NCBI GenBank assembly: GCA_001604585.1
Contig: LVBW01000003.1
Location: forward strand, 520 to 64,519
Direction of reading: 5' to 3'
Source: Puniceicoccales bacterium Verruco_02
Lineage (GTDB): Bacteria; Verrucomicrobiota; Verrucomicrobiia; Opitutales; Oceanipulchritudinaceae
Length of the DNA stretch: 64,000 nucleotides
Part shown: positions 20,605-29,826 of the stretch, in pieces
Layout of the letters: every line of letters starts with the position of its first letter
Position numbering within the stretch: position 1 is the stretch's first letter
Notes under the pieces: model-generated
What the model was told of the DNA's origin: nothing
Databases searched by the model: none
What the model saw: only the letters and a program-made list of their open reading frames with translations
Made by a program: the position numbers and the translations under genes

Positions 20605-21839
20605 AAGAGCAGGGCAAGGCAGGGCAAGGCAGCGGCAAAGGCCCTCTGGCCTACCTGTTCACGACTTTCGCTAGGCCCAGCGAGACCTTCCTGCGCCGCG
20701 AACTGGATGCGGTGCGAAGCCTTGGCGTGGATGTGCGGGTGGTGTCGCTCTGGGGCGGTGCTGGCGAGGGCGTCCGCACTTTTCCACTCGGGCAGATGCT
20801 GACGCTCATCTGGCGCTCCTTTCGCGAGCTAATCCTGCGCCCTGCCCCATACAGGGACTTGCTGGAGCATATGCTGGACCGCGACATCCCTAGCTGGCTC
20901 AACTTTGGCGAGAACTGGCGGGGCATTGGCTGCGCGATACTCCTTGCAAGGGAGCTGAAAGCGGCGCGCACAAGGCGCTGTCATGCCGTATGGGCCACAA
21001 TGCCCGCCGCAGCCGCATGGGTTCTGCATCACATTGCGGGCATTCCATACACGATGGGGGCGCACGCCTACGACATACACGAGGACGGCGGAGACTGGCT
21101 ATTGCCGCTAAAGCTGCGCGACGCCGCCCTTGTGCATTGCAGCAGCGAGGCCGCGTGCGAAAGAGTGCTGGCCCTTGGCTGCGAGCCGGGAAAAGTCGTA
21201 GTAATCCGCCGGGGACTTACGCATATCCCAGCAACACTCAAGCCCTTGCGCGAAGGCCGGGCGGCGCTGCCCCGCCTTGTAAGTGTGGGCCGCCTCGTGG
21301 AAAAGAAGGGCTACTGCGAACAGCTCCGCCTGTTGGCCGCCTTGGCCGAGGCCGGTCTGGACTTTGAGGCCGCCATCGTAGGCTCCGGCCCCAAGGAGGC
21401 GGAGTTGAAGGCGCTGGCTGCGCAGCTCGGTCTTTCGAAAAGGCTGCGCTTCACAGGCTGGCTGGACGAGGCGAGCGTCAACGCCGAGCTGGACCGGGCC
21501 GACGCCTTCATATTCACAGGCAAGGTGGCCCAGAGCGGGGACCGCGACGGACTGCCCAACGCCCTCGCCGAGGCAATGGCAAGGGGCCTGCCCGTATTAA
21601 CGACAAATGTCGGTGCCACGGCGGAGGTGATACGCAACGGCGAGAACGGATATATTCTGCCAATCGACGAGCCGGAGGCATGGTGTAAGGCACTCGATAG
21701 CATCTGCAATGACGATGCCTTCTGCGAAAATCTGCGCCGCCGGGCAAGGCGCTGGATAGAGGACAACTTCGACGCAATGGGCAACGCCGCAAAGCTGCTG
21801 CAAGAGGCCGAAGAGCGACTGGGCAAACAATCTGCCTAG
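20601..21839 (+). CDS. Glycosyltransferase family 4 (GT-B)
   Basis: Start set at ATG 20601 (MKEQGKAGQG...), overlapping the GT28 stop (ATGA). GRLVEKKGY and PNALAEAMARGLPVLTTNVGATAEVIRNGENGYIL (EX7E-type motif). The track ORF from 20160 is an out-of-context extension across the upstream gene. Confidence 0.8.
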   Translation: MKEQGKAGQGSGKGPLAYLFTTFARPSETFLRRELDAVRSLGVDVRVVSLWGGAGEGVRTFPLGQMLTLIWRSFRELILRPAPYRDLLEHMLDRDIPSWLNFGENWRGIGCAILLARELKAARTRRCHAVWATMPAAAAWVLHHIAGIPYTMGAHAYDIHEDGGDWLLPLKLRDAALVHCSSEAACERVLALGCEPGKVVVIRRGLTHIPATLKPLREGRAALPRLVSVGRLVEKKGYCEQLRLLAALAEAGLDFEAAIVGSGPKEAELKALAAQLGLSKRLRFTGWLDEASVNAELDRADAFIFTGKVAQSGDRDGLPNALAEAMARGLPVLTTNVGATAEVIRNGENGYILPIDEPEAWCKALDSICNDDAFCENLRRRARRWIEDNFDAMGNAAKLLQEAEERLGKQSA

Positions 21840-21905
21840 CCGGGCGCACTGTGCAGGCAACAATGCGCTTGCCTGAAGGGCCGCCTTGTAGTTGCCTGTA
21901 AGAGC

Positions 21906-22517
21906 ATGTCACTGCAAAAGATTACCAGCGTAAGCGGCCGCGCCGTCCCCGTTCCCGGAGACGACATAGACACCGACCGCATCATCCCCGCCCGCTTCAT
22001 GAAGTGCGTCACCTTCGACGGGCTGGGCCAGTACCTATTTAACGATGTGCGCCGCCACGAAGACGGCAAGCCCAAGGGCCACAACATCGACAATCCCCGC
22101 TACGCCGGGGCCACGATCCTCATCAGCGGCAACAACTTCGGCTGTGGCAGCTCTCGCGAGCACGCCCCCCAGGCCATATTCTACGCGGGCTTTCGCGCCG
22201 TAATCGCCGAGGGCTACGCCGAAATCTTCTTCGGCAACTCCACCCAGCTGGGCATCCCCTGTGTGAGCCTGTCGCACGAAGACCGCCTCGCGCTGGAAAA
22301 GCTCGTGGAAGCCGCTCCGCAGACAGAGCTGCACATCGACCTTGAGAAAAAAGAGGTTCGCTTTGCCGACAAGGTTTTCCCTGCCAGCATTCGCGAGTCC
22401 GCCCGTTCGGGTCTTGTCAGTGGCCGCTGGGACCCCCTTGCGGACCTGCTCGCCGCTGCGGACAAGGTGAAAGACAAGGCCGCCTCCCTGCCCTACATGG
22501 CCGCCCCCGGCAAGTAG
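21906..22517 (+). CDS. leuD: 3-isopropylmalate dehydratase small subunit
   Basis: 203 aa: GRAVPVPGDDIDTDRIIPARFMK...ILISGNNFGCGSSREHAPQA. No leuC is adjacent in this window. Confidence 0.9.
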   Translation: MSLQKITSVSGRAVPVPGDDIDTDRIIPARFMKCVTFDGLGQYLFNDVRRHEDGKPKGHNIDNPRYAGATILISGNNFGCGSSREHAPQAIFYAGFRAVIAEGYAEIFFGNSTQLGIPCVSLSHEDRLALEKLVEAAPQTELHIDLEKKEVRFADKVFPASIRESARSGLVSGRWDPLADLLAAADKVKDKAASLPYMAAPGK

Positions 22518-22619
22518 CAGCATCAAAGGCCGGCGCAATTACGGGAACAGCGAGGGCTGAAAGCTGTCACAACTGTTTCCACGGCATGGCTGTACCCCTT
22601 TCATTTAACACGCACCTGC

Positions 22620-23204
22620 ATGAAAGATCTTATCGAGGCCTGCGGCATATTCATATACCCGCTCGGCCTTTGCTCAATAATCGCCCTCTACATCGCTCTG
22701 GAACGGCTCATCGCCCTGCGCCCCGGCAAGGTGATACCCACGATGATCCAGAACGACATCATCGAGAAAAACAGCCTCCCTCCCGGCGAAGCTGACTCGG
22801 TGGCAGGGCGCATACTGCTCTTTCACCAGCAGCGTCACCCTGATGCAGACCAGATAAAGGCCTTCGGCAAAATGCAGGTGCTGGGCATGGAGCGTGGCAT
22901 GTTCCTGCTCGATGTGGTGATTAGCGCGGCCCCCCTGCTCGGGCTTCTGGGCACGGTGACGGGCCTTGTGCGCGTGTTTTCCCGCGTCTCGGCAGATACC
23001 GGAGTGCCGGAGCCGCAGGCATTTGTAACGGGTGTCTCGCTGGCCCTGTCAACAACGGTGCTAGGTCTTGCGATAGCCATCCCTGCGATGGTGTTCAACA
23101 GCTACCTTAACCGCCGCATCGAACTATTGGCTGCCCGCCTGAACGTGCTTGTCGAGCGAATCGTCACAATCGACGAGAAAACCAACGGCAAGTCCCGCAT
23201 ATGA
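22620..23204 (+). CDS. exbB: MotA/TolQ/ExbB proton-channel family protein
   Basis: 194 aa, three TM segments, conserved C-terminal region AAPLLGLLGTVTGLVRVF...ALSTTVLGLAIAIPAMVFNSYL. Confidence 0.85.
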   Translation: MKDLIEACGIFIYPLGLCSIIALYIALERLIALRPGKVIPTMIQNDIIEKNSLPPGEADSVAGRILLFHQQRHPDADQIKAFGKMQVLGMERGMFLLDVVISAAPLLGLLGTVTGLVRVFSRVSADTGVPEPQAFVTGVSLALSTTVLGLAIAIPAMVFNSYLNRRIELLAARLNVLVERIVTIDEKTNGKSRI

Positions 23205-23608
23205 GCCTCATGCCCGAACGGCGCCGCCGCAGGGCGGAAGTGAACATCGTGCCCCTCGTGGACGTCCTTACGACGCTCATCTTCTTCTTTCTAGTCACGA
23301 TGCAGTTCCGGCAGGGCAAGACGCTCAACATCACCCTGCCCGAGATACAGACCGCCGGCAAAAACACTCTCGAACAGTCTATCGACATAAGTATCAACGC
23401 CGAAGGCACATACTATTACAACGGTGCCGAAGTCAGCCCGCAGGAACTGGTGGGCCTTCTTTCCGCCTTTGGCAAAGCCGCCGACAAGCCCGCGCTTATC
23501 ATCAGGGCAGACGAAAACACCCCCCTGCGCAACGTGACCTTCCTTATGGACACCTGCCGCGCCACTGGCTTTGAAGATTTCCGCCTGCAAAGTCGCAACA
23601 GGCAATAG
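23201..23608 (+). CDS. exbD: ExbD/TolR biopolymer transport protein
   Basis: 135 aa: RRRRAEVNIVPLVDVLTTLIFFFLV then a periplasmic domain. ATGA overlap with exbB. Confidence 0.85.
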   Translation: MSLMPERRRRRAEVNIVPLVDVLTTLIFFFLVTMQFRQGKTLNITLPEIQTAGKNTLEQSIDISINAEGTYYYNGAEVSPQELVGLLSAFGKAADKPALIIRADENTPLRNVTFLMDTCRATGFEDFRLQSRNRQ

Positions 23609-23732
23609 CTCGGGCAGCGGCGCATCCAGAAAGCGGCCCGGCCTTGACTGCGAGCGAATTTTCCCTGCATATGGGAGTGCAGGACAAACATCAACGGCGC
23701 GCCTTTCGGGCACGCCAAACCCGTCAACGTCC

Positions 23733-24617
23733 ATGAAAGGTATGAGAATACCCGCTCTATGCCTGTTCTTCAGCCTTGTGGCCCTATGCAGTGCCACGGC
23801 TCAGGAAGTGCAGGATCAGGCCCCTGCGGCAAAGCCCGTGGTAGCCGTGGTGGATTTCAATGCAAAGTCCGCCCACATAATTATCGGAGAGAACATCAGC
23901 GGCTTTTCCTACACGGGAAAGTATGTGGATCTGCTCAACTCCGAGTTGATTAACGCCCTTGTTAACGACCGCAGCTTCGATGTCATAGACAGAGACCGCC
24001 TGAAGGAGCTTGCCAAGCAGAAACTGCTCAACGCCGCCACCACCCTCAACCTCTCAGGCGTTGGCAAGGCGGCCGGGGCGGACTACGTTGTGTGCGGAGA
24101 CATAGAACTGGTCGAGCTTAACAAACGCTTCCAGCAGTTCCCCGGATACAGCCAGACGCAGATGGTGGGCCGCATGGTGGTGAACCTGCGCGTTGTGGAC
24201 GTGAAAAGCACCCGCGTACTATTTGCCCGCAAGGTGAACAACGTCATCACAATGGTCCTCAACCAGTACAGCAGCGCCACTCCGGCCTCCTTCATGGAAG
24301 AGCTTAAGAGCGACACCGTGCGCCGCCTCGTAATGGACATTTCCGAAGGCATATCGCCCATACAGATACGCGCCGTCCACGGGGACAAGGTTTACCTCAA
24401 CCGCGGCGAACAGGCATTCAGCGGCGGAGAGCTGCTTGAAATAGTCATCCCCGTGGATACCGTTTACGACGAGGACGGCAGCATACTGGACGTAATCGAG
24501 GAAAAGGTCGGACAGGTGCGCGTGGAAACGGTGCGCCAGAAAATGGCCATCGCAGTAATCCTAGAACAGGAACGCCCCTTGCAGACCGGCTGGATAGCGA
24601 GAAGAGCGGAACAGTAG
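23733..24617 (+). CDS. CsgG/HfaB-family envelope protein with C-terminal beta-rich domain
   Basis: Start set at ATG 23733 (MKGMRIPALCLFFSLVALCSATAQE signal). VAVVDFNAKS...LNSELINALVNDRSFDVIDRDRLKEL...YVVCGDIELVE...VNLRVVDVKSTRVLFARKV aligns by eye with E. coli CsgG (VSVYNIQDETG...LVTALKDSRWFIPLERQGLQNLL...VNLRVVNVSTGEILSSV). Confidence 0.68.
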   Translation: MKGMRIPALCLFFSLVALCSATAQEVQDQAPAAKPVVAVVDFNAKSAHIIIGENISGFSYTGKYVDLLNSELINALVNDRSFDVIDRDRLKELAKQKLLNAATTLNLSGVGKAAGADYVVCGDIELVELNKRFQQFPGYSQTQMVGRMVVNLRVVDVKSTRVLFARKVNNVITMVLNQYSSATPASFMEELKSDTVRRLVMDISEGISPIQIRAVHGDKVYLNRGEQAFSGGELLEIVIPVDTVYDEDGSILDVIEEKVGQVRVETVRQKMAIAVILEQERPLQTGWIARRAEQ

Positions 24618-24676
24618 CGCCCGGCAGGAACGACCCTTTGATTGAAAATACTCCCAACCCATTCCAGCGTATCCCG

Positions 24677-26125
24677 ATGAAAACTCGTCCCCGGTACTGG
24701 CGGCAACTGCTGCCCCTGCCCTTCGCCGCCGCAGCCGCCCTGCTACTGGGTGCCTGCGCCTCCGGCACCAACTTCGCCAACGCCATAACTGGCTACTCCG
24801 GGCAGGCGCGCAACTTCCGTCAGGCCCTGACAAGCGCCGACCAGACTGCCGTGGAAAAGGAACTGCGCGGGCTGGAGGAAAAGTGCAACAGTGCCGACCG
24901 CATCCTCTACCTTCAGGAACGCGGACGCATACGCTCACTTAACGGCGACTTGCACGGCTCCATAGCCGACTATCAGGTGGCAAGCGACGCCTTTGAAAAC
25001 CAGCGCATGAAGGCCGTAGTATCGGCCAGCGACACCTTCTTTGCCGCCAGCTCTCTCGCCAGCAACGACATGGCCATTCCCTACTCCGGCTACGGCTTTG
25101 AGAAGGTGATGCTGCACAACATGCAGGCGCTAAACTACCTGCTTGCGGGCAAGGACGACTTTGCCCGCATCGAGCTGAACCGCGCCGACGTGGAGCAGAC
25201 CTTTTCCCTCGAACAACACGCCAAGCTGGCCCAAGAGGCCGAAAAGACCCGCGAAAAGGAGCAGATACAGCTATCCAGCAGCACGAGCGAGCTGGACAAG
25301 CGCAGCTCTCAGGCGGTGTTTGGCGCGACCTCGGTCAAAAACTCCTTCCAGAACGCCCTCACCTTCTACCTTCGCGGCAGCCTCTACGAAGACTCCCGCG
25401 ACTGGGACAAGGCCCTCATCGAGTACAAAAAGGCGCTCGACCTGCACCCCTCCAACCCCTTCGTCGCACAAGCGGCCATGCGCATGGCCGTCACCCTCGG
25501 CGACAAGCGCGAACAGCGCAACATCAACCGCCTGCACCCGGCCAAGCTTCGCAGCGAGGCAAAGAGCGATGGCAAGGCCCGCGTTGTAATCGTGTTTGAA
25601 AGAGGCTTTGTCCGCGAAAGGTCCACCTTCCGTCTGCCCTTCTTCTGGAAGGACAGCCTGCTGCAAGTGGCCCTACCATTCTACGACCTTGGCGGCTACT
25701 CCCAGGGCGCATCGCTGGAGCTTGCCACGGGCACTGAGACTGTGGACGCAGCCACCATAAGCAACCTAGACGCAATGGCCGTTCAAAGCCTTAAAGAGGC
25801 CTACCCGATGATTCTGCTCCGCCAGCTACTGCGCCTCATTGCCAAGCACAAGATGCAGGAAAAGGCCGACGAGCAAGGCTTTGGCGTACTGATGAAAATT
25901 GCCAACGTAGTAACCGACCGCGCCGACGACCGCAACTGGCTTACCCTGCCCGGCACAGTGCAGGTGGCGGAGCTTGTGCTGCCCCCCGGCAGGCAGGAAC
26001 TTAACCTGCGCTACATGGGTCTGTATCAATATGCCAGCGTGGAGCTGCGAGCCGGAGAGACCAAATACATAGTCGCCACCCAGCTGGGGCAGCGCCTTCT
26101 GCTGCGCGGGGCGGAAACAAAGTAA
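24677..26125 (+). CDS. TPR-containing lipoprotein
   Basis: Lipobox LLLGAC after MKTRPRYWRQLLPLPFAAAAA. TPR-like stretches (ALTFYLRGSLYEDSRDWDKALIEYKKALDLHPSNP). The track start 24638 is TTG; I use ATG 24677. Confidence 0.55.
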   Translation: MKTRPRYWRQLLPLPFAAAAALLLGACASGTNFANAITGYSGQARNFRQALTSADQTAVEKELRGLEEKCNSADRILYLQERGRIRSLNGDLHGSIADYQVASDAFENQRMKAVVSASDTFFAASSLASNDMAIPYSGYGFEKVMLHNMQALNYLLAGKDDFARIELNRADVEQTFSLEQHAKLAQEAEKTREKEQIQLSSSTSELDKRSSQAVFGATSVKNSFQNALTFYLRGSLYEDSRDWDKALIEYKKALDLHPSNPFVAQAAMRMAVTLGDKREQRNINRLHPAKLRSEAKSDGKARVVIVFERGFVRERSTFRLPFFWKDSLLQVALPFYDLGGYSQGASLELATGTETVDAATISNLDAMAVQSLKEAYPMILLRQLLRLIAKHKMQEKADEQGFGVLMKIANVVTDRADDRNWLTLPGTVQVAELVLPPGRQELNLRYMGLYQYASVELRAGETKYIVATQLGQRLLLRGAETK

Positions 26126-26132
26126 ACCAACG

Positions 26133-26612
26133 ATGAACAAAGCACTCATAAGTACCGTCACACTCGCGGCGCTGGCCCTCCTAGGGCCGGGCTGCGCAAA
26201 TGACAGCGGCTACGTGCCCATGGGGCAGTCCCGCGTAAGCGACCTTGGGGCGGCAGGCCTCAAAATCGTGGGCCGCATCGGCGTTGACGGCTCCATCACT
26301 GCGCCGGACAGCAACCTGCGCAAAATCCCCGGTCAGGACATCTACTTCGAGAACATCGCCGGACGTCGCTTGGCCAACGGCTTCACGGAAATATCCGTCG
26401 CAACGTCCAACAAAAGCTCACTTAACACGATCAACATCCAGTACAGCATACACTGGTACGACGCGCAGGGGCTGGAAATCCACCCCGAAAACGCAGGCTG
26501 GAGCACGCTCGTTCTCAAGCCCCGCGACATCGGGGCCATACGCGGAGTCTCGCCCACCAAGGACGCCGCCTCCGTAACCATACTCGTACGCGAAATAACT
26601 TACACCAAATAG
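26133..26612 (+). CDS. YcfL-like (DUF1425-like) lipoprotein
   Basis: Signal plus Cys (LALLGPGCAND). Body with IQYSIHWYDAQGLEIHPENAGWSTLVLKP resembles the YcfL pattern as I remember it. Confidence 0.5.
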   Translation: MNKALISTVTLAALALLGPGCANDSGYVPMGQSRVSDLGAAGLKIVGRIGVDGSITAPDSNLRKIPGQDIYFENIAGRRLANGFTEISVATSNKSSLNTINIQYSIHWYDAQGLEIHPENAGWSTLVLKPRDIGAIRGVSPTKDAASVTILVREITYTK

Positions 26613-26622
26613 GAATATAGAC

Positions 26623-27234
26623 ATGAAACTACGCTACGCAGCCGCCATCGCGGCCCTCGCCCTAGCCCTCACGGGTTGCGAAACCACCGGCCCGGTGCGT
26701 CAGGTATCGGCCACCGATGCCTCCCGCCAGAGCCTCGGAGTGGACCAGTCGGACGTGAACGCCACCGTGCAGCAGATGATTACGTCCATGTTCTCCTCGC
26801 CCGCCGTCATCCGCGCCACGGGGGACAAGATGCCCACCGTCGTAGTAGTGCCCATCCGCCTCGACACCAGCACAATCACCGACACTCGCATCAACACCGA
26901 CGCCATCACCACCCTAGTGCAGGAGCAGGTGATAAACTCCGGCCTCTTCCAGTTTGTCGATGCCAGCCGCAGGCAGGACATCGCGAGCGAAGTGGCCTAC
27001 CAGAACGAGTCCGGAATGGTGGACCAGAAAACGGCCAGCAAACGCGGCAAGCAGATAGGCTCTGACTACATTCTGGAAGGCAAGATAAGCGGCTTTGACT
27101 CCTACACGGGCAACACTCGCAAGAAGGGCTACGTCATCACCCTGACTCTTCAGAACGTCGAAACGGGCATCATCCTCTGGCAGCAGAGTAAGCAGATAGC
27201 CAAAGAGCAGACCCGCAGCAGCTTCGGCGGCTAA
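26623..27234 (+). CDS. LpoB-like lipoprotein (penicillin-binding protein activator family, COG3417-like)
   Basis: Lipobox LALTGCETT. VQQMITSMFSS...PTVVVVPIRLDTS...AITTLVQEQVINSGLFQFVD...GSDYILEGKISGF...YVITLTLQNVETGIILWQQ aligns by eye with the E. coli LpoB globular domain. Confidence 0.65.
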   Translation: MKLRYAAAIAALALALTGCETTGPVRQVSATDASRQSLGVDQSDVNATVQQMITSMFSSPAVIRATGDKMPTVVVVPIRLDTSTITDTRINTDAITTLVQEQVINSGLFQFVDASRRQDIASEVAYQNESGMVDQKTASKRGKQIGSDYILEGKISGFDSYTGNTRKKGYVITLTLQNVETGIILWQQSKQIAKEQTRSSFGG

Positions 27235-27259
27235 GAAACGACATTTCTCTCTTTGGCCA

Positions 27260-27293
27260 GGGAACCGGCCTTGCCGCAACGGTGGGCCGGTTC
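27260..27293 (+). terminator. Strong hairpin after the lipoprotein cluster (terminator-like, no T tract)
   Basis: GGAACCGGCC-N14-GGCCGGTTCC, a 10-bp perfect stem 26 nt after the LpoB-like stop. Confidence 0.35.
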
Positions 27294-27451
27294 CGTCGCG
27301 TACTGGGACAAGTATTTTCCACAGGCCCGGCAATCGGGACTTCCCCACCCGCACCAAGGCGTGGATAATTCCAGCTGCGACGGCGAAGTATATCCGCCCC
27401 ACGCGGTGTATTTCACTTCGATCCCTTCCCCCCCCACACACACATTACCCT

Positions 27452-29746
27452 ATGAAGCATACCCGTTTTGCGCTGCCTCTGGCAGCCTGCATCTTGCTTG
27501 CAGCCCCCGGCCTGTACGGATCCGATGCCTGCCCGGCAGGCAAGACACCCGGCCTAGCCTGTCAGAGTGCCCAAGGCATCCTGGCCCGCAGCGAACTCTC
27601 CGCCTATCACGGCTGGATCAAGTATCTATCCGCGCGCACCCAGCTCGACGCCGAACGCTTCGGCAAAGACAGTGGCGAAGCAATCGCCGCCAAGGCCCGC
27701 CTTGCCGAATGGACGGCAAAAATCGAGGCCGACCCCGACATCATCATGAAGCTGCGCGGCCCCCAGGAATGGGCCTACGTATCGAAGGCTGACGACAGCG
27801 GCCAACCCTTCCAGATCAACATCCCAACCGACTACGACCCCGCCCTCCCGACGCCAATCTCCATGTACTGCCACGGCTACAGCGGCAACCACATGGAATT
27901 TGCCCAGTACAGCCCCCGCACGGAAATGTTCGAGCTTTCAATACTCGGGCGCGCAAGAGGCGGCTTCTACACAGGCCTGTCGGAAGTGGACGTGATGGAC
28001 GTTATAGCCTACGTCAAGGAACACTGGAACATCGACCCGCTGCGCTTCCACATAAACGGCGGCAGCATGGGCGGCTGGGCCAGCTTCCGCTACGGCTCGC
28101 GCCACCCGGACCTATTTGCCAGCGCAAGGCCCACCTGCGGCTTCGCGATGCCCCTGCCCCTGTCCAACATGGTGGACCTGCCCGTTTACGTAACCCACTC
28201 CGACGACGACCCGGTGGTGGCCGTCGTGGAACAGCGCGGCCCCGTGCTGCGCCTGCGCGAGCTTGGCGGCATGGTAGTTGTGGACGAGACGACGGGACTC
28301 GGCCATGCGGCATGGGACTTTGCCGAAGGGAATGCCCGCGGCAACGAATGGGTAATCCGTCAGGTGGCACGCCCTGCAAAAGAGGTGCGCAGCATAGACT
28401 ACACCGCCACAGACGGCATGGCCACAGGCGCATGGTGGGCACATATAAGCGGCTGGGGAGCCGAGCAGCGCCCAGCCCGCTTCGTAGCCCGCGCAATGCC
28501 CGACAACAGTCTTTACATACGCGCAGAGAACATCTCCTCGCTGGACATCGACCTTGGCAAAGGCCCCTTCGACACCGCAAGCGACCTGTTCGTAAGCGTC
28601 AACAGCGGCATATTCCTGCGCCTGCCCTCCCCACTGCCGGAAAAGATTCGCCTTGAGGACAAAGGCGGCTGGAAAGTGGTGCAGCCCGTGACCGCCCCTG
28701 CCCGCCAACACACGCCCGGCGGCTGGACTCAGGTCTTTGACGGCAGCCTCATTCTGATAGTGTACGGCACAAAGGGCAGCTCGATAGAGAACGCCGCCAT
28801 GAAGGCCGCCGCCATTGCCGCCTCGAAAAGCCCGAACTGCTCCTGGCCCATCGACGACGCGGAACGCTCCGGCACGGACAAGGTTTCCCACCTTCAGAAC
28901 CTGTACGGGAGCCTGCCCATCAAGGCGGACAGCGAAGTAAGCGCCTGCGACCTTGCAAGCAGCAACATCGTGCTGATAGGCACGGCGACGCAGAACAGCC
29001 TTGCAGCCCGGCTAGAAGGCGGACTGCCCGCAAGCCTCGACAATAACGGCATCCGTACGAGTCGTGGCGAGAGCTTCCCAGCCAAGGGCACGGCGCTGGC
29101 CCTAGTATATCGCAACCCCGAGGCCCCACAGAACGTCCTTCTCTGGTATGCCTCGAACGATGCCGCCTTCTACGCCGCTGGGGCGCGCCTGCCCAAGAGA
29201 CTTTACGACCGAGGCCTTGGCGTGGATTTTGTCGTGGCAGGGGTGACAGGCGATGCCATCTACGCGGCCCGCAGCTTCGACAATGACTGGAACTGGCGCC
29301 GCGCAGAGGCCGAAAGCCCGCTTCTTGGCGCCGAGGTAAGGGACGCGGCAGCATCCGGCAGGCTGATAGCCGAGGCCTTCCGCGAGGCTATAGGGGCCGA
29401 CTTTGGAGTTGCTCCCAAGGCCACATCGACAGCCCTATTCCCCTGTCATGCGATAGGGCCGGTGCCGGGCCTTACCCGTTACGCCGATGCGGCCCTGTTC
29501 TACTACGCGGATCCCGTTTACAAGATGAGCCTTAGCGGGGCCGAGCTGCGCAAGATAGCGGCCAAGGGCACAACGCTGGCCTTCTCGCCCAGTCTGGACA
29601 CAGCATCCCTCGACGACGAAGCAATATACAGCGTCGCCTACGTCGGCGAGAGCACAAACTCCATCGTAGCCTGCGGAGTGCTGCCCCAGAAGAGCGAGTG
29701 GACGGGCATAATGGCAAAGGACGCCATCCTGAACGCCGCGAAGTAA
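27452..29746 (+). CDS. Secreted alpha/beta-hydrolase (esterase/peptidase S9-like) with large uncharacterised C-terminal region
   Basis: Signal peptide, nucleophile elbow INGGSMGGWAS, later VTHSDDDPVV and GLGHAAWDF (Ser-Asp-His candidates). I did not recognise the C-terminal ~400 aa. Confidence 0.62.
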   Translation: MKHTRFALPLAACILLAAPGLYGSDACPAGKTPGLACQSAQGILARSELSAYHGWIKYLSARTQLDAERFGKDSGEAIAAKARLAEWTAKIEADPDIIMKLRGPQEWAYVSKADDSGQPFQINIPTDYDPALPTPISMYCHGYSGNHMEFAQYSPRTEMFELSILGRARGGFYTGLSEVDVMDVIAYVKEHWNIDPLRFHINGGSMGGWASFRYGSRHPDLFASARPTCGFAMPLPLSNMVDLPVYVTHSDDDPVVAVVEQRGPVLRLRELGGMVVVDETTGLGHAAWDFAEGNARGNEWVIRQVARPAKEVRSIDYTATDGMATGAWWAHISGWGAEQRPARFVARAMPDNSLYIRAENISSLDIDLGKGPFDTASDLFVSVNSGIFLRLPSPLPEKIRLEDKGGWKVVQPVTAPARQHTPGGWTQVFDGSLILIVYGTKGSSIENAAMKAAAIAASKSPNCSWPIDDAERSGTDKVSHLQNLYGSLPIKADSEVSACDLASSNIVLIGTATQNSLAARLEGGLPASLDNNGIRTSRGESFPAKGTALALVYRNPEAPQNVLLWYASNDAAFYAAGARLPKRLYDRGLGVDFVVAGVTGDAIYAARSFDNDWNWRRAEAESPLLGAEVRDAAASGRLIAEAFREAIGADFGVAPKATSTALFPCHAIGPVPGLTRYADAALFYYADPVYKMSLSGAELRKIAAKGTTLAFSPSLDTASLDDEAIYSVAYVGESTNSIVACGVLPQKSEWTGIMAKDAILNAAK

Positions 29747-29770
29747 CAACACAGGCAGTCCTCTTAATGC

Positions 29771-29806
29771 AAACGCCGCTGCGGGACGATCCCCGGCGGC
29801 GTTTTT
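29771..29806 (+). terminator. Rho-independent terminator between convergent hydrolase and AKR genes
   Basis: AAACGCCGCTGCGGG...CCCCGGCGGCGTTT: a ~11-bp GC-rich stem followed by TTTTTG. Confidence 0.7.
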
Positions 29807-29826
29807 GCGTTCACTTGCCTGACGCT

